Source of the DNA: Isurus oxyrinchus
Lineage: Eukaryota
NCBI GenBank assembly: GCA_026770705.1
Contig: JANJGN010000013.1
Coordinates: 42,904,001 to 42,968,000 of the forward strand
Length of the DNA: 64,000 nt
Direction: 5' to 3'
Position 1 is the stretch's first letter. Every line of letters starts with the position of its first letter. The notes under the pieces are model-generated. The model had not been told where the DNA came from, did not search any database, and worked only from the letters and a program-made list of their open reading frames with translations. Below are positions 37,011-51,150 of this stretch, piece by piece. The position numbers were made by a program, and so were the translations under genes.

Positions 37011-40000
37011 CTCCATGACAGAAGCATCTCTGATGTGACTAATATCAACAACATACATGTATGCACACTATTAGTGTGCATGTAACATTCACCTACTAGT
37101 TAAAATAGAAAATGATTAATCTTGATAACAGATTTCACAACTGCAAGTGCAGACATTCCTCTTTTCATGAAGCTTCATAACAAATCAATTTGCGGAAAGA
37201 CTAGTGAAACAATGGAGAAAATGGCAATAATTATTCATTGACCCTCGTGAATTCACATTTCTTACAGCTATTGTTTAAGAATGAGGTGTGCTGTAGCAAT
37301 TTTAGCAAATCTGATAGAAATTTGAAAAACAGACTTTGCATATGTTTTTTTTATGAGGGGTATCAGGCCCATTGTATTACAGAAAGTAGCTATTAAGCAA
37401 GATGTACTTCAAATGCATGGACTCGTATAAAGGTTCTGATGAAGGAGGCTGTAGAATTGAAATGTTTACAAGCTGAAGCATGATGTAGAGATTCTGTTGA
37501 AAAGCATAGACTTGTTCATCTTTTGGCTCGAGAAGCTACAGTCAAATTAAAATTATATCTAATACAAAAACAATAGAGCGAAGGATGTGCACACCTTGGA
37601 AAAAGAATATTGAGACAATTGGAAGCGCTATAAATTAAACTACATACTCAATCATTTACCTATGCTGAAATGCAGCTCTAAAGTACATTCATTGGAAAAC
37701 TGCATGATTTGGTAGTTTCATATATTTTGCAAAATTGCAGCAGTTTACTCATGCTGTATGTTGTCACAAATTCTTTTGCAACCTTTAACATAATGCAGAT
37801 ACAGTTTACACATGCTGCATGTAATGGAAATATTTGAAAGCAACTATAATAAAAGAGATGTATAAATGTCAACATTGATAGTTGATAAAGAAGTCATCGG
37901 AAAATTTAAGTGCGGCCATTAAAATATATTTTTATAGCTATTTATCACAATTTAGCTGTTTCTAGCCTACACTCCAAAACACTGAGTTGGGGTAGAGATC
38001 ACTGGATAGATAGGATCATGTTGAGATCAATTAAAGCTCCACCACAGGAAATTAGAAAAACAGTAAAACATTGATTTACTTGTCTGCAGGGATGGAGTTT
38101 AGAGCCGATCTTGGATTTTTCCTGAAGCTGAATATGTACTGGCTGATGCACATCATCATTTCAAAGTTAGGCCAGTGGGTGACTTGGAGGGAAACATGCA
38201 GGTGGTTGTGTTCCCTTGGGGCTGCCTCCCTTGCTCTTCTAGCTGGTAGAAGTTTAGATGGTGCTGTTGAAGAAGCAAGTGCTGCAATGTATCTTATGGT
38301 GCATACTGCTGTGCTTGTCTCTAGTTATTTGACATGCGTTATTGAGGAATTAAACTTAAATAATTGTTTAATCAATTAAACATTCAACATAAATTGCTCC
38401 ATTACTAAGTTATCATCAGTTTGGCACCCTATTGATCAGTACACCAGAGGAACTTCTGATCTTCTTCAAACGATGCCATAGGATTTTTTACATTGCTGAA
38501 AAGGCTGGTGGGTCTTCAGGTTTTCAAGTCACCTGAAACTGTTGCATTCTGCTGTGTTGAAGCATCATCCCAAATGATGTATGTGGCAAATAAACTGGCA
38601 TATTCAAGAGATCACTATAGATCTCTGGAGTAGTGCTCTGTTTTTGAACACAGTCAGCGATTCTGACACAAATTGTGCCCAAAATTGCACCTGTCCTGAG
38701 AAGTGTTTTTTGCACTCAAACTCATTTGCATATCAACGAATGGAAAATCTACCACAAACTAGCACATTGCGGAGATTTTTTAAAATGTATTTTCCATGAA
38801 TGTGTGTGTGTATATATATGTGTTAAAACGTATTCTCTGATGGATATTTGCGAGTGGTAAGTTGGTAAAATTTGCTTAATACACCTAAAAATGAGTTTCT
38901 CATAAAAATGAACATTTAAAATGACTGTGTCACCATGAACCAAATATATTAAGGGAGATGGGGCAAAGGTGGATATATACAGTTGCTTTGCAGGTCAGCC
39001 ATGATCTCACTGAATGATGGAACAAGCTTGAGGACCTAAATGGCCTATTGGTGTTTCTATGTTCTTAACCTGATTTTAAATTACTGAAAATGGCTTTTAA
39101 AAAACATCCAAACATTTTTTTTAGTTAGATTGGGGTACAGTAACAAGTGCCTTAGCGAATTTTTAAAAAGTACTTCAGATCCTTTCACGACGTACTTATT
39201 AGTGTCCTAATGCCAAAAAGCTTCAGTTTAATTTTGGACAAAGGCCTGCAAATGACTACAATTAGTGGAAACTCCCAATGGTGATTAATTCACCCTGAGG
39301 ATGTGGCCAGGTTTGTCAGTATGCTGGCTTCGGGCAAGATACTTTTAAAACTAGCACAAAAGATCACAAAAGCTCAAGTTGTGCTGAGCACAATTTGCTC
39401 TTAAATTCTACCATCTTTTAGACTGTTTTTTTGCTATTGGGCTAACTGCACTGAAAAAATCCAACCAGGTGGAAACTCAGGGTCACGATCATTGTTTCAA
39501 AGCTCAGTATAATTGAGATAAAATCAGATACTTCTTGAGAAGGAACTCAAGTACTTTAGCATCTGAAAGAGGGAAGACAACTTCATGTTCAGGGTAATGC
39601 CCTTCATTAGAATATTCTCGTCATAATTTTGTTCCAAAAAATGACTTGTTATTTGCTGCCTTATCTTCAATTATCAGGTAGCAAACTAGTAACTATGGTC
39701 TTTTGGAAGGGAATATGTGGGATTTCTAAACAGCCCCCGGATAAAATGCCTGGTGAAGGAAGTTCAGAAGTAAAGAAACCCTCTAACTCATTCAATGGGC
39801 AGGGTTTTCTTGCATGCTTTGGGACCAGTGCTTCGGGGTTTCTAAACCCCACTGGTGATTAACTCCACACTGGAGGAGCTAATTTCTTGGAGATGGCCTC
39901 CTAATAGGCCACCCCTGCATATGCTTTCCTGTTAATGGTCCTGATGCTACTGGTCGAATTATGAGGTTTACAGCTATAGAGTCTTGGCAGTCCCACTGAA

Positions 40001-41775
40001 AGAGATGGGCACTCTTAAAGCAGGAGAGGGTGTTTTAAAATGAAGACCCCTTGAAGGCATAACAATAATTAAATATTTAGAGGGGAAAAGATGGCAGGCT
40101 CCTGGAATTGGAGAAGAAGCCCCTCCATTTGGATCATTGAGGCCACAAGGGGATGCCTTTATCCAAGGCCCCCTCTTATGGCTCCGATGGCCCCTCAGAT
40201 TGCTACAGGGAAGCACCTCCATGGAGCTGGCAGCCTTCTTATGTGGCCATGCCACAAAATTACCCCTAATTAAATATTGAAATTGCCTGCCTGCCTCTGC
40301 ACGGCAAACGGGCAATCCGCCTCTCAGGCCACCTTTGGGAAACTTCCCTAGCAGCAAGAACATGTGGAGAGCTGTCCCGATGAGGCTCCGCCCTATTTTC
40401 TCAGTTGTACCACTTCCACCCCTGCCACTATGGGTTTGGGAAACTGTAGCCCAATAATCCATTAACTAAACCAAGAAGTCTGCAACACTTAAGGGCGTGG
40501 TTGATAATTGACCAGTTTCAGTAATGAAAAAGTATGCTGGAGGTTGAGATTCTGAAAACTCAGCTCCAGATAACCTTGCAAGTCAACAGATAGGATGGTC
40601 CTAGCTGGATTGGCAGTGAGAAGTTTACCAGTGCTTTGTAGGGACAAATTGCAGGTATCAACTATTTGAACTCCAGTAGTGCCCTTGTGCACACTTGAGT
40701 CCTTAAACTTTCACAATGCCATCCTGCCCCTAAATTGTCTGATTTTAGGTAAACCGGTGTTGTTGTTATGAGCAGAGAATGTGCACTCCACACTGAATAA
40801 AAAAGAATGCTACATATAGATTTCTATTTAACTTGTTCAGAATATTGAGGTATGGATTTTGTGTGTTTCAGATATTTCAGCAAAACACAATCGTGTTACT
40901 TTTCCAGAAAGGTTTGCTCTCTTAACTGGTTACATTTGGGCTCTGTATTGTATGTTATCACATTTAGAATGGTCACTTTATTTCCCAAAAACTATCACCA
41001 TTTCTTAATTTTCAGTTGATTTATTACAATTGGAGTGAAAATTGGCTTGACCAATTTTTTACTATTGACAGAACCATGAGCAGAAATTATTATGCCATAG
41101 CAGTCAACATGTGCATGTTGAAGTTACAAGTTTCTAAAATCCTCTTCCGATGTTATAAATAGAATGGCAATGGAATTGACTAAACATCATTTAGTTCATT
41201 AATTGAAGTTGCTGTTACAATCGCAGGGGTCACTGCAATCATTGCACACTTAACGGGTCAGCCAATTAAAGTCAACCTCTGGAGACCCAGGTTCGTATCC
41301 CATGGCAGATAAAAATCTAAAAATTCAGCCCAAACTGGAGTGAAGGGGATAAAGTTTTTGCCAAACTCAACAGCAATGAATGCTGTCCTTGGTCATTGTT
41401 ATATCCTTTCAGATGAGGATTAGAAAGTAAAGGAATTTGTAGAGAAGCTGATTGCCATTTATTTCAGTTAAAGGAATTCCTTGGGTCAAGGTGAATAATA
41501 ACTGGCTAATAGCAAGTCACTCATAATCACCCATCGAAACAACCTATAGAAAAATTACATCTACTTTTATATTGAAAAATCATGACCAGACTATGTATAG
41601 AAACCTCTCCTCCATTTAATCAGTGATTGTAATTGAAAAACTTTGATGCACCCTATCAGCAAGCGCCTCGAAATACCATTTACTTCTGCAACTTAATGCC
41701 ACTTATAGAAGACAGCAATCAAGTAGACAACTTGTTGTACTGTTGGTGTAGTCAAGGTATTCTTCCTATTTCTTT

Positions 41776-42540
41776 AAAATTGAACCATTTGATTGAATGT
41801 AATTGGTGTTAGAAATATTGATAATTCAATCATATTTAGTAGATGATCACAGCTTTGGCAGAGAGATCGTGTTCCCCAGTTTCTATGTATTGACTGAGAG
41901 TAAACAGCATCAAACTAAGTTGAAAACTGAAAGTGTCCTTAAGTTGGTTCATTTTTATTCATAAACTATAAAATCTTAGACCAGTTCTAGCCTGTTTGTA
42001 TCAGACTCGTTCCATGGCATCACATGAGTACAGGAAGAAAAAATGTTTCAGTCTATCCCTGGAACGCTCTTTTTGCTAGTAATTGCCATAATTCTAATCA
42101 TGGCAAGCAGTACCCACTTATCAAAACACCAGAATTTTAATTTAAAAAAGGCAGTTGCCTTGGATTCATTAGTGAATATGACAAATTACATTCAGTTTTT
42201 TCATGGTGAAGGATGTGCTGCTGCAATTATGGTATCTTTGTGGCACAGTACACATCTGATTCCATTCCTGCTCATTTTTATTTTAAATTTTTTAATGAAG
42301 CACCTCCAATCCCTAAAAGTTTAATATTGACAGAATCCAATCCTTTGTAGACTAGTGGTGGGGTACACAATTAATTCAAAATAAGAAAATGCAGTTTAGT
42401 CTTTATCAATCAGTGGAGGAGCTCTAGATAGATTTTCATATTGTTGTACAAAATTAAACCATTGATTGAATGTAATTAGTGTTAGAAATATTGATAATTT
42501 TCTATCATGTTTAGTAGTTGATCACAGCTTTGGCAGAGAG
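41776..42540 (+). repeat. ~90-bp direct repeat pair (41776-41865 and 42451-42540)
   Basis: Both contain TTGATTGAATGTAATT.GTGTTAGAAATATTGATAATT...TGATCACAGCTTTGGCAGAGAG. Confidence 0.9.
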
Positions 42541-43304
42541 GCATAAAACCACACAACCATCGAACCACAGAAAAGTTAATAGAAAATAGAGAAAAACAAG
42601 CATTGCAGAGTGGCTGCTCTTTACAGAAACTGCCTGATTTTCACCTTAGTGGTTTCTAGATGTGCTGAATGGCAGTTTTACATCTGGGCAATAAGTTGAA
42701 TCCATTGTGACTTTTGCCAGAGTAGCTTAAGGATGATACCTATATTCCTTAACAGTCAAATGATGAAAGTACATCTAATCACATAAGCCTGCCTGCACTT
42801 GTTTCTAACTAATGTCTAAAAAAGGAACCAATTTTCCATTTTAGGCACCAACTTTCAAATGGGTTGTACAATTTAATTGCAAAGAAGAAATCTTCCACTT
42901 GCCTTTTTAGCTATTAGCATTTTTATCCATATTTCTTATTCAGCATTCCATTTTTAGAAGTGTTAAGGAAAATAGGAAATGAGTTAGTGTGTCTAAATTA
43001 CATCTTTCTTTTGAGAATCAACTGGATGAAACTTGCTTTTTGTCTCAGTGTTTCGTATTTAAGATTTCTAGCTAGCTCTAACAATTTCAGAGTGGCTGTG
43101 TAAAATAAGGACCTGCAGCAATTAATACTGCATGCTGAAGGATAATTACATTCTTAGCAGCAAACTATTGTGGTCATATTTTTACATATATCATAAGTGC
43201 CACACAACCTCTTAATTTGAGTTAATCCTGCAGATAGTCAGCCTAACTCATTCTATTCATTCTGAAATTACTTAATACCTTGATCTTACCATTTAGTATC
43301 TGTG

Positions 43305-43758
43305 AACAAAACTACCTGGAAAAACTCAGCAGGCCTGACAGTGGAGAGGGATACAGTTGATGTTTCGAGTCCGTATGACCCTTCATCAGAACTAAGACAT
43401 ATAGAAATGAGATGAGATATAAGCTGGTAGAAGGGGATGGGACTGGAGAGCTCGATAGGGGGCCAGTGATAAGTGGAGGCCAAGAAGAGACTGTCAAAGA
43501 TGTCATAGACAAAAGGACAAAGGGGTGTTGATGGTGGTGATATTATCTAAAGGATGTGCTAATGGGGACATTAAGGGAAGCAAGCTAGTGGCAGATAGCC
43601 CTAGTGCGGGTGGGGTAGGGGGAAGGGATTGAAATTGGCTAAAAGGTGGAGATGAACTGTATCCCTCAACTGTATCCATCTCTGCTGATGCTGTGAGACT
43701 TGCTGAGTTTTTCCAGGTTTTTGTTCTAGATTTCCAACATCCACAGTATTTTGCTTTT
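43305..43758. mobile_element. Penelope terminal insertion (inverted plus direct segments)
   Basis: Minus segment ~43305-43654, plus terminal segment to 43758; degenerate TSD ATT(T/C)AGTATCT(G/A)TG at 43291-43304 and 43759-43772. Confidence 0.85.
43355..43393 (-). ncRNA. Minimal type I hammerhead ribozyme motif with canonical CUGAUGA core
   Basis: Reverse complement AGTT-CTGATGA-AGGGTC-ATACG-GACTC-GAAA-CATC-AACT; the only departure is a CpG-type change in mini-stem III. Confidence 0.75.
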
Positions 43759-45187
43759 ATTCAGTATCTATGTCCTGTTCAGAGCTGATTTTCCTAAAGC
43801 ATTGCAGTATTTATTTATGTGCAAAATAATTAAACAGAATGAGAATAATGATTAAAAACAAGGTACAGTGGAACTATGAAGACCAATGTACAGTTTGAGT
43901 TGGAATCATTGGAATGATCCGGTAATACACACAGTAAAAATATTAATGAACTTTTGCTCAATCTGTTTTGTTGCTGGGTGAGAAGAATTTTGCAATGATC
44001 TATTTTGCAGCTTTTTCTTTCTGTGATTCAATTTCTTCAAAAGATTGAGAGAATCAATGCAGAACAAAATGTGAGTGTCACTTTTGAAGAAACAACTTTG
44101 TTTGGGCTTCCCTTTGTTCATTTGCTCTGAAGTTATGAACTGAAATGCATTGATGGAAACGGCACATTTTCAGGGTATTCATAATTGAGGTGAGTGAAGT
44201 TTTTAAATCACTGAATCCATTCAGAAGTTTACAGCTTTGAAGATTTTCATGCAAAGTTGTCATATTTGGACAAGATATCATGGGCCTCATATGGTAATTC
44301 ACAGGGCTTGTCGTGGGATGTTGCACTGTGGCAAATTATTTATCCCGTTACAACTGTTATCATTATCAGTTCTTGACAAAATATTCCCTGTCAGGGAATA
44401 TCTCACTAACTGGCATCAGCTGTAGGAATAATTCCCCAGCCCTTCCAAAAATAAAACAAATTCAATCCCACTATATGAACATACGAAAACCTTTTGACAT
44501 GAGTAAAAACATACTTGACCCTGCTTTGCAGGACATCCCAGATTTCCACATTCATCTTTTTCAAGCTCTTGTGTTATCTTGTGTAACATTCCAACAATAA
44601 AATGGATCGGTAGAATTTTTTGAAAGTGAAATGCATCGTCCATCAAAAAGAGAAATTCTTTGATGAGCTTGTCAAACAACTCATGTTTCTTCAGAATGTT
44701 TAACATTTATTTGTTGATCTTAGGACTGTTTATATGCACACATCACATGTGTAGAACAAGAGACTACATCCATGTTATCATGAAGCTGGCTACAGCCCAA
44801 AGACTGCTTCTCTCATTCTCTGTTTTGTATATTTGACATGATGGTTGCTGTACTGCTCAAGCTGGAGGTGGGGGTGGGTAGGGGTGTGGAGGACGTTGAG
44901 AGGGATGTTAGGGAAAGGTTGTTCTCTGTTGAGTATCCTAGGCAGATTTGGATAGTGGTGATGGATTAATATTCTGGATACCTATGGGAAAGAAATTTTA
45001 AGTAGCATCTTAAAGGAGACAATCGCCATCCGAAGAGGTTGGATACAGTATGGAGGAAGTGGCTTTGATAGAATAAGTGATCTTACATCATTCCCATATT
45101 ATCTTGCATTCTTTTCATAGGAGCTTGTGCTATGCTGTTGGAAGCTGTATCAGAATCACTAGTAAATTGCTGAAGTTTGCATATAAT

Positions 45188-45443
45188 GGGCAGAATTTAA
45201 TTGTTGCAACAGGGGTCTCACCCATCGGCTGAAGAGCTGGCGGGAACATCACATCACCCCCGCTGGTAAAGGCCCGCACTATTAAGCACCCATCAGGCTG
45301 TTGACAAGCCTCCCTGCCCCAGACCTAATTAGGTGGAAGTTGAAAGGCGGCAGGTTCACCACCCTGCACCCTCCTGCCTGATTAAATGCTCCCTGCCTCC
45401 AAATTTTCTGTTGGGGGGTGTGGGGGAGCATTAAATTCTGCCC
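45188..45443. mobile_element. Harbinger/Tourist-like MITE
   Basis: Perfect 14-bp TIR GGGCAGAATTTAAT / ATTAAATTCTGCCC with AAT TSD. Confidence 0.88.
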
Positions 45444-45714
45444 AATTCGTTACACTTTTTTTTTAAGAGATAAAATGTTATCATTTTGTAGTGTTTTAAT
45501 GACCTTTCATTTCAACCTTGATAGCTGATACTTTTTCAAATTTAAAATCATCCCCATGACATTTTCCTCCCTAGTAAATTTTTGAAATTATATTTTGTAG
45601 TATAGGCTCTTTTCACAAAGCATTTGTGCTTTATAGCATTGGCCTTTTTTTGTTGGATCCATCCTATGCTTTGTTTTTGTGCAACACAGGTCTGTCTACA
45701 ACATTGCATATCGA

Positions 45715-46357
45715 TCCAGCAATCGGCTGCATGCCGCCATTTTACATGGGCGGGCCAATTAAGGCCTGCCCAGTGTGACGTGCACCTGAAAGCGCTGAGC
45801 ACTCCCTGTGCAAGTGGGGGGAGGAGGGAGAGTTGGGGCTTACTCTCGTTCGTGCGCATGCACATGAAAAAGCACAGAAATCTCCCTGAGGCACGGTGCT
45901 GCCTCAGGGAGATTAACTTAAGTTTTAAACGTGGAAAAAATTCAAAAAATAAAATTATTTAGACCTGTCCCCTCATGTGACAGTGTCACATGAGCTGGGA
46001 CATGTTAAAAAATTTTCATTAAAAATTTATATTTAATTAATGAAACCTTCATGAAATCTCATTCCGCCCATGGGTGAGGTTTCATGAAAAATGCGAAGGC
46101 CACCTGGGCTCTATGCCTGCCTGCCAACCTTAAGGTTAGATGGGCAGCTTTCTCAATAGGCTTAATAAGTTCATTAATGGCCTTAACAGGTCTTTGACAG
46201 TTCGACGGGAGCACAGCCGATTCTGCTGCGTGCCAGCCAAATGAAACATCAGAATGATACGCAGCGACATCAGGATGCACGCCCGATTTTACCGCGTGTC
46301 ATTTTATATGTCAGCATGCGGGGCCTGCCCCCACTCACCGAACGGAAGATTCTGCCC
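45715..46357 (-). mobile_element. Non-autonomous Harbinger-type element, one terminus retained
   Basis: Ends GGAAGATTCTGCCC; subterminal similarity to 29258-29560. Confidence 0.65.
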
Positions 46358-46989
46358 ATGGTCTTGTTGATGTCATAAAAGTTGCAGTTGTGATGTCCCT
46401 CCAATTTAAACAAGGATGTCATTTTCTTGTGGGTTTCACATCTAATTTTTTTGTCCTTTGTCAATGTTTTGCATGGTACAATAGATGAGGTTGAGGCGAC
46501 CTGACAGTAAATTAAAGCCACACAAATGTTTAGTTGAGCTCACTCAAAAATTTTGCTTGGAAGTTCATTCAATTTAGGGCGTATCATGTGGTCTGTCGAG
46601 ATTTGTACCATGCTCTTTTGTAACTCTGATTTTTCTGAACACTCTTTCAGTTACTTATGTGACCTCTCCCCTCAGAATTAAATGATTCAAAAAAGGATTT
46701 GTTCTACAACAATAGCTTAGAAAGTGTCACCATCCAATTTCACACTCATCATGAACCATTCTCCAATATTTAATTTGTTCTTCCCCACTATCATGCTTGT
46801 ACAACAGTGCGCTGCAATGTTGTACCAGCTTCCATCCATTTTTAATTCCAACAGTACCTGTGATTACCTGGTGGATGCAGCAAATCCACAAGGATGTGAT
46901 CAGAATTCCTTCACACCATCCAAAGGCAGTATGAGCATAAGATCCACACAGAAGGCTTTTTAAAGGCAACTGAGCAAAGTTTCAAAGAA

Positions 46990-47100
46990 ATCCACGTGGG
47001 GTAGAACGTGGGTCATGAGGACTCGAAACGTCAACTCTTTTCTTCTCCGCCGATGCTGCCAGACCTGCTGAGTTTTTCCAGGTAATTCTGTTTTTGTTTT
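46990..47100 (+). mobile_element. Very short, young Penelope terminal insertion
   Basis: Near-identical to 6131-6220; perfect 14-bp TSD AAAGTTTCAAAGAA at 46976-46989 and 47101-47114. Confidence 0.92.
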
Positions 47101-48184
47101 AAAGTTTCAAAGAATATTGCCCTGCCTTACTGGGAAAAATAAAATTTGGTGGTAAAACTAGCTGAAATGTTATTCTTCAAGGTCGGTGCCCATTTATTTT
47201 GTGATAGAAGTAATCAAGCTTAGGTTTGTAATTAGCCCACAGAATGTAATTACAGTCACAATTCAACACATCCTGTCTCCCTACCTCTGCTGTGTCAGTG
47301 CTGCTCATATTTTATTTTTCCTGCTGTGAAAAGAATAACTAAAGAGATGTCTCCTATGAAGGCCCACTGCGGCTATTTGATTTGATGTATAAGGAATTCT
47401 TCAGATAAACACTGCCCAAAGAGAAAACATTATCAGTATAGAGAAGGGGTAGTCCAAAAAGAAAAATGCAGCGGACAATCTTCCTTAAATTGCACTGCAT
47501 ATTTACCTAGTAAAATGGATTGGAAACTCAGTTTCAATCAATATGATTTATGAGCTCAGTGATTTGTTGGATGTTGTACATGAACCAGAAGATGTGCTAT
47601 CTGACAAAAATTGCTTAATTGAATATCCTGCCTTGACTGGCCTTCTACATCTCATCTCACTCATGCCTAGCCAGGAAGCTGCTTTTACTTATACCAATTG
47701 ACTTTAGGCTTTAATTGGCTCGTGTTAAACTGGATTATCCAATGGTATCTATAACTATTACTGCAAACATTGTCAAAAATATTTCTTACTCTATTAATGA
47801 ATATTTTAAAACAAATTAAACAAGCAAAGAGCAAAAATTTGTTGCATTTTAAGGTCTTATTTTTATTCAACTATCTCACTTGTGGTAGGAAAAGCTTTTT
47901 TATGAAGTTTGTCCTTGACATTAAAGAATTCAGTCCTGTGCCTCAAGGAATTCCAATATTTTATGGAAAGATTACTTTCCTACATACACAGGAAGGAAAA
48001 TAAAAGCTGCTGGTATGAAAGGAAGAGAGGATTGTAGGAAAATAAAGAGACTGTGGAGAAGTATATTAGTCCTGAAATTATGCCAGTAGAGGTATTTGTC
48101 TGAAATGTATTTCACCTCTTTTGTACTGAAGGCATTAAACCATTTATTTTAAAACTGATTAACGGCCCTGTTGAAATAGCAGAA

Positions 48185-48420
48185 GCAACATCAACAACAA
48201 CAATTTGTATTTATATAGTGCCATTAACATAATAAAATATTCCAAGGCTCTTCACACAGACATTATAAAACAAAATATTACACTAAGCCACATAAGAAGA
48301 CATTAGGGCAGATGAACAAAAGCTTGTTGTTAGTTTGTTGGGGTGGATGAGACACAGAGGAGAGAGATGGGTAAGGCCATGAAAGGATTTGAAAATAAAG
48401 ATGAGACTTTTAAAATCAAT
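48185..48420 (-). mobile_element. L2-clade LINE 3' end
   Basis: (CAA)n tail and reverse-complement similarity to 7880-8030. Confidence 0.6.
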
Positions 48421-49234
48421 TTTTTCATTTAAAATTTTAGGAAGGCATTTCAGATAAATACAGCAAAAGTCTAGCTGTTAGTTTCAGAAACATATGGAAA
48501 GATCTGATCCTGAACTGGATTAACAGAAATCAAGAATGTTTTGCTGCAATTTTAGATAAATCTTTTCCAATGTGGACATGAGTTTTATCTCTAGTTATCT
48601 TCTTGGAATATTAATGTGTGTATAGAAACAGTAAAGCAGCTTTTTAATTCATTCATGGGATGTGGGCATCGCTGGAAAGGCCAGCATTTATTGCCCATTC
48701 TTAATCACCCTTAAGAGGGTGGTGGTGAATTTCCTTCTTAAGTTGCTGTAGGTAGACCCACAATACTGTTAGGGAGAAAGTTCCAGGATTTTGCCTCAGT
48801 CATGATCAAGGAAAAGCAAAATATTTCCAAGTCAGGAAGATACTGTGCAAGAATCAGCAAACATCCTAACCTTATAATATATACCACTGTGCCACCACCT
48901 CTCAAAGGTCCATTCTGTCAGTAGGTATACGCATGAATGGTGGTGGACGAGTCTGGGACTTTGGCTGTAAGGTATGGTACGACGACTATGACGATTTCAA
49001 GCAATTGCTTCACTAGTCTTTGGGACATCATACCAAATTTTAACACAAGGTCCCAACATTTGCAAGGTTGAGTTGGCAGGATGTGCCTTTATCATATTCC
49101 CTGCCCAGTTCAATGACAGGTGGTCTGTCCCGTTTCCTTATTTGACTTTTCCATCATGTTTAATACAACTGAGTGGCTTGCTGGGCCATTTTAGGTAACA
49201 GTTAAAAGTCAATCACATTGCTGTGAGTCTGGAG

Positions 49235-50169
49235 TGTTATGACCACATGAGGAGGGGTGAAATGACTCCCCTATTCACCCACTCCAGGTCTGACCATCCC
49301 AGAGTTTTATGTGAATTTAGAGAGGATGTGCTTTGTCAATTCTGCAACAGTCCCACTATTTACGCTTTTAGGTTGTAAAGAATTAGTCAGAAATGTTTTC
49401 TTAGGTTAAACCAAATAACAAGATAAGTTTATTGAAACTTAAAAAAAAACTAGGTAATACATCACACGCATTTGTCTGGACCCACACACATACTAGTACA
49501 GATTGCTGAGTAAGAGGATAGGCTGACAGAATTTTTACAGTTCATGAAAAATAAAATAGAGAAGTATAGAGTTAGCTGTTCCTTGACTAGTGATTCCACG
49601 TTGTGGCCATTTTGTTCGGTTGCCTCCCTGGATGTATGTATGGAGCAGGTTTCTACTGTTTTTTTCCCAGGAGATCTTGGCTCACAGTAGATTTCTCTTC
49701 TCAGGATGGTTACTTTGCAAACCAGGCAGCACTTCCAAGAGATAGAGAGACAGAGAGGGGACACAGCTTCAACAGCATGTGTTTAGTACAACAGTTTCTT
49801 TTGTTCTCTCCTTTGCTTGGTAAAGAATCCTTAAAGTACCATGCTGGCTGTCTATTCCAGAGAAATTCTATTAGTTCATTTCTGCTGCAGTTATTATTTC
49901 AGAACAGGTAATTGCACTATGATGTCTATCTCAGGAACATGTAAAAAGTCTCAGGATGGTGTGAAGCCAACAGGAGATGGGGTCTTTCACACTCCCGGGG
50001 GGGGGTTCAGTGTCTGTTTTTTTCATCCCACTTGGTGAAATGTGAAATTGTGGTTATTGTAGCAATCTGAGCATTTCATCATTTCTTCTAAAGGGATCCA
50101 GTTTTTTTTAATACAGCAAAATAAAGAAAAATGAGACATTACATCTTTACAAATCATATCCTTGTAACA
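49235..50169 (-). mobile_element. Solo LTR (Gypsy/ERV-type)
   Basis: TGTTA...TAACA termini, 4-bp TSD GGAG, minus-strand AATAAA near 49430; interrupts an older repeat. Confidence 0.8.
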
Positions 50170-50589
50170 GGAGTCATATGTAAACCAGACTGGATAAGGA
50201 CAGCTAATCTCCTTTGCTGAAGAATATTATTGCTTGTTAATAATGGTCATTATTACTGAGACAAGCTTTTATTTTCAAATTCATTGAATTAATTTAATTT
50301 AAACTCTCCAAGTTGCCATATTGGGATTTTAACTCATCCAGATCAGTAGCCCCAGTTTCTAGGCTACCAGTCCAATAACATTCCATTATGTTATCACTCC
50401 CTTATAGTGCTTACCAATACATTAGTTGCTCACTACAAGCAGCTAATTAGGAATGCAGATGTGACTAATTGCATTTTAAGTAAAAATTGGGCAATGGACA
50501 CAATTATTGGGCATGTGATCACAATACTTATATTTGCACGCTTACACATGTACACTTTAACATACAAATTAGAAGCAGGAGTAGGTCAT

Positions 50590-51150
50590 TCAGACATCTT
50601 AAATGGGAGACCCCTGATTTTTAAACTGTGTCCCCTAGCTCTAGTCTCTCCCACAATGGGAAACATCCTGTCATCAGCATCCACCCAGCCAATTCCCTTG
50701 AGGTTCTTATATGTTTCAGTAAGATCACCTCTCATTCTTCTAAACTCCTATTGATAAAGACCCAGCTTGCCTAACCTTTCCTCATATGGTAACCCCTTCA
50801 TCCCAGGAATTAGTCAAGTGAACACTCTCTGAACTGCTTCTATTTCTATTATATCTTTCAAGGAGGCCAAAAACTGTACACAGTATTCCAGATATGGTCT
50901 CACCAATGCCCTGTACAATTGAAACATAGCTTCCCTACTTGTATAATGAAAACAAAAGTGCTGGAAATGCTCAGCAGGTCTGGCAGCATCTTTGGAGAGA
51001 GAAACAGAGTTAAAGTTTCGAGTCCAAAATGACTCTTCCTCAGAACCTACATATTTCATACATTTACATTTCACTCCCTTTTACTAAATGACAGCATTCC
51101 ATTTGCCTTCATTACCGCTTGCTGTACCCACATACTAACTTTTTGTGATT
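50590..51150 (-). mobile_element. CR1 LINE fragment interrupted by a Penelope terminal piece (~50945-51046)
   Basis: REAMFQLYRALVRPYLEYCVQF; the insert reads GTT-CTGAGGA-AGAGTC-ATTTTG-GACTC-GAAA on the minus strand. Confidence 0.82.

Noticed and set aside
37432-37470. GTTCTGATGAAGG...GAAATGTT hammerhead-like string (a similar one on the minus strand near 39575-39612)
   Set aside because: Stem II or the GAAA box is broken; at most a very old decayed copy.
43906-44706. Cluster of overlapping short ORFs and a possible 60-nt exon (44011-44070, TTTTGCAG...GTGAGT)
   Set aside because: No recognisable protein motif in any frame and no partner exons; splice-like signals of this quality occur by chance in 64 kb.
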